The position numbers and the translations under genes are program-made. Positions 22,763 to 22,854 of a stretch of 22,854 nucleotides of DNA are shown piece after piece (the first letter of the stretch is position 1; every line of letters starts with the position of its first letter). This DNA is from Catajapyx aquilonaris (Eukaryota): NCBI GenBank assembly GCA_000934665.2, contig KZ538049.1, positions 124,001-146,854 of the forward strand, in the 5' to 3' direction. The notes under the pieces were generated by a model that was not told where the DNA came from, did not search any database, and was given only the letters and a program-made list of their open reading frames with translations.

Positions 22763-22854
22763 CAGGGTGGTCCAACTTTTTTGTCCGAACAGCTATCACG
22801 CAGCTATTGACAAATTCGGCCTAAGCTGCTTATGTTGTAGTGCGTTACCTGGCA
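22763..22854. mobile_element. Left end of another Tc1/mariner-type element, cut by the window edge
   Basis: TA-CAGGGTGGTCCAAC is the same terminus as the MITE at 474-858. Confidence 0.65.

Overview
Eukaryotic genomic DNA, most likely from an arthropod (inferred from the protein and the repeat types); it is not a prokaryotic locus, and I see no CRISPR array or operon. The left half holds the 5' part of a CEP152/Asterless centriole gene on the minus strand. I reconstruct seven phase-compatible coding exons (ATG at 10366, 1194 nt, 398 aa) including one probable GC-AG intron, and the gene continues past the left edge. A CpG-rich, probably bidirectional promoter region lies at about 12.6-14.45 kb, with a candidate micro first coding exon of an unidentified plus-strand gene (ATG 14434, donor 14447). 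Introns and flanks are crowded with non-autonomous transposons: Tc1/mariner, hAT, Kolobok-like and Sola-like elements, a truncated LINE, three tRNA-derived SINEs, a 39-bp micro-retroposon and several long palindromes. Most ORFs in the supplied track are spurious. I see no wholly new biological system. The most interesting signals are a retroposon 3' tail with a covarying hairpin, a mariner derivative built from two 3' ends, nested fold-back elements and the GC-AG intron.
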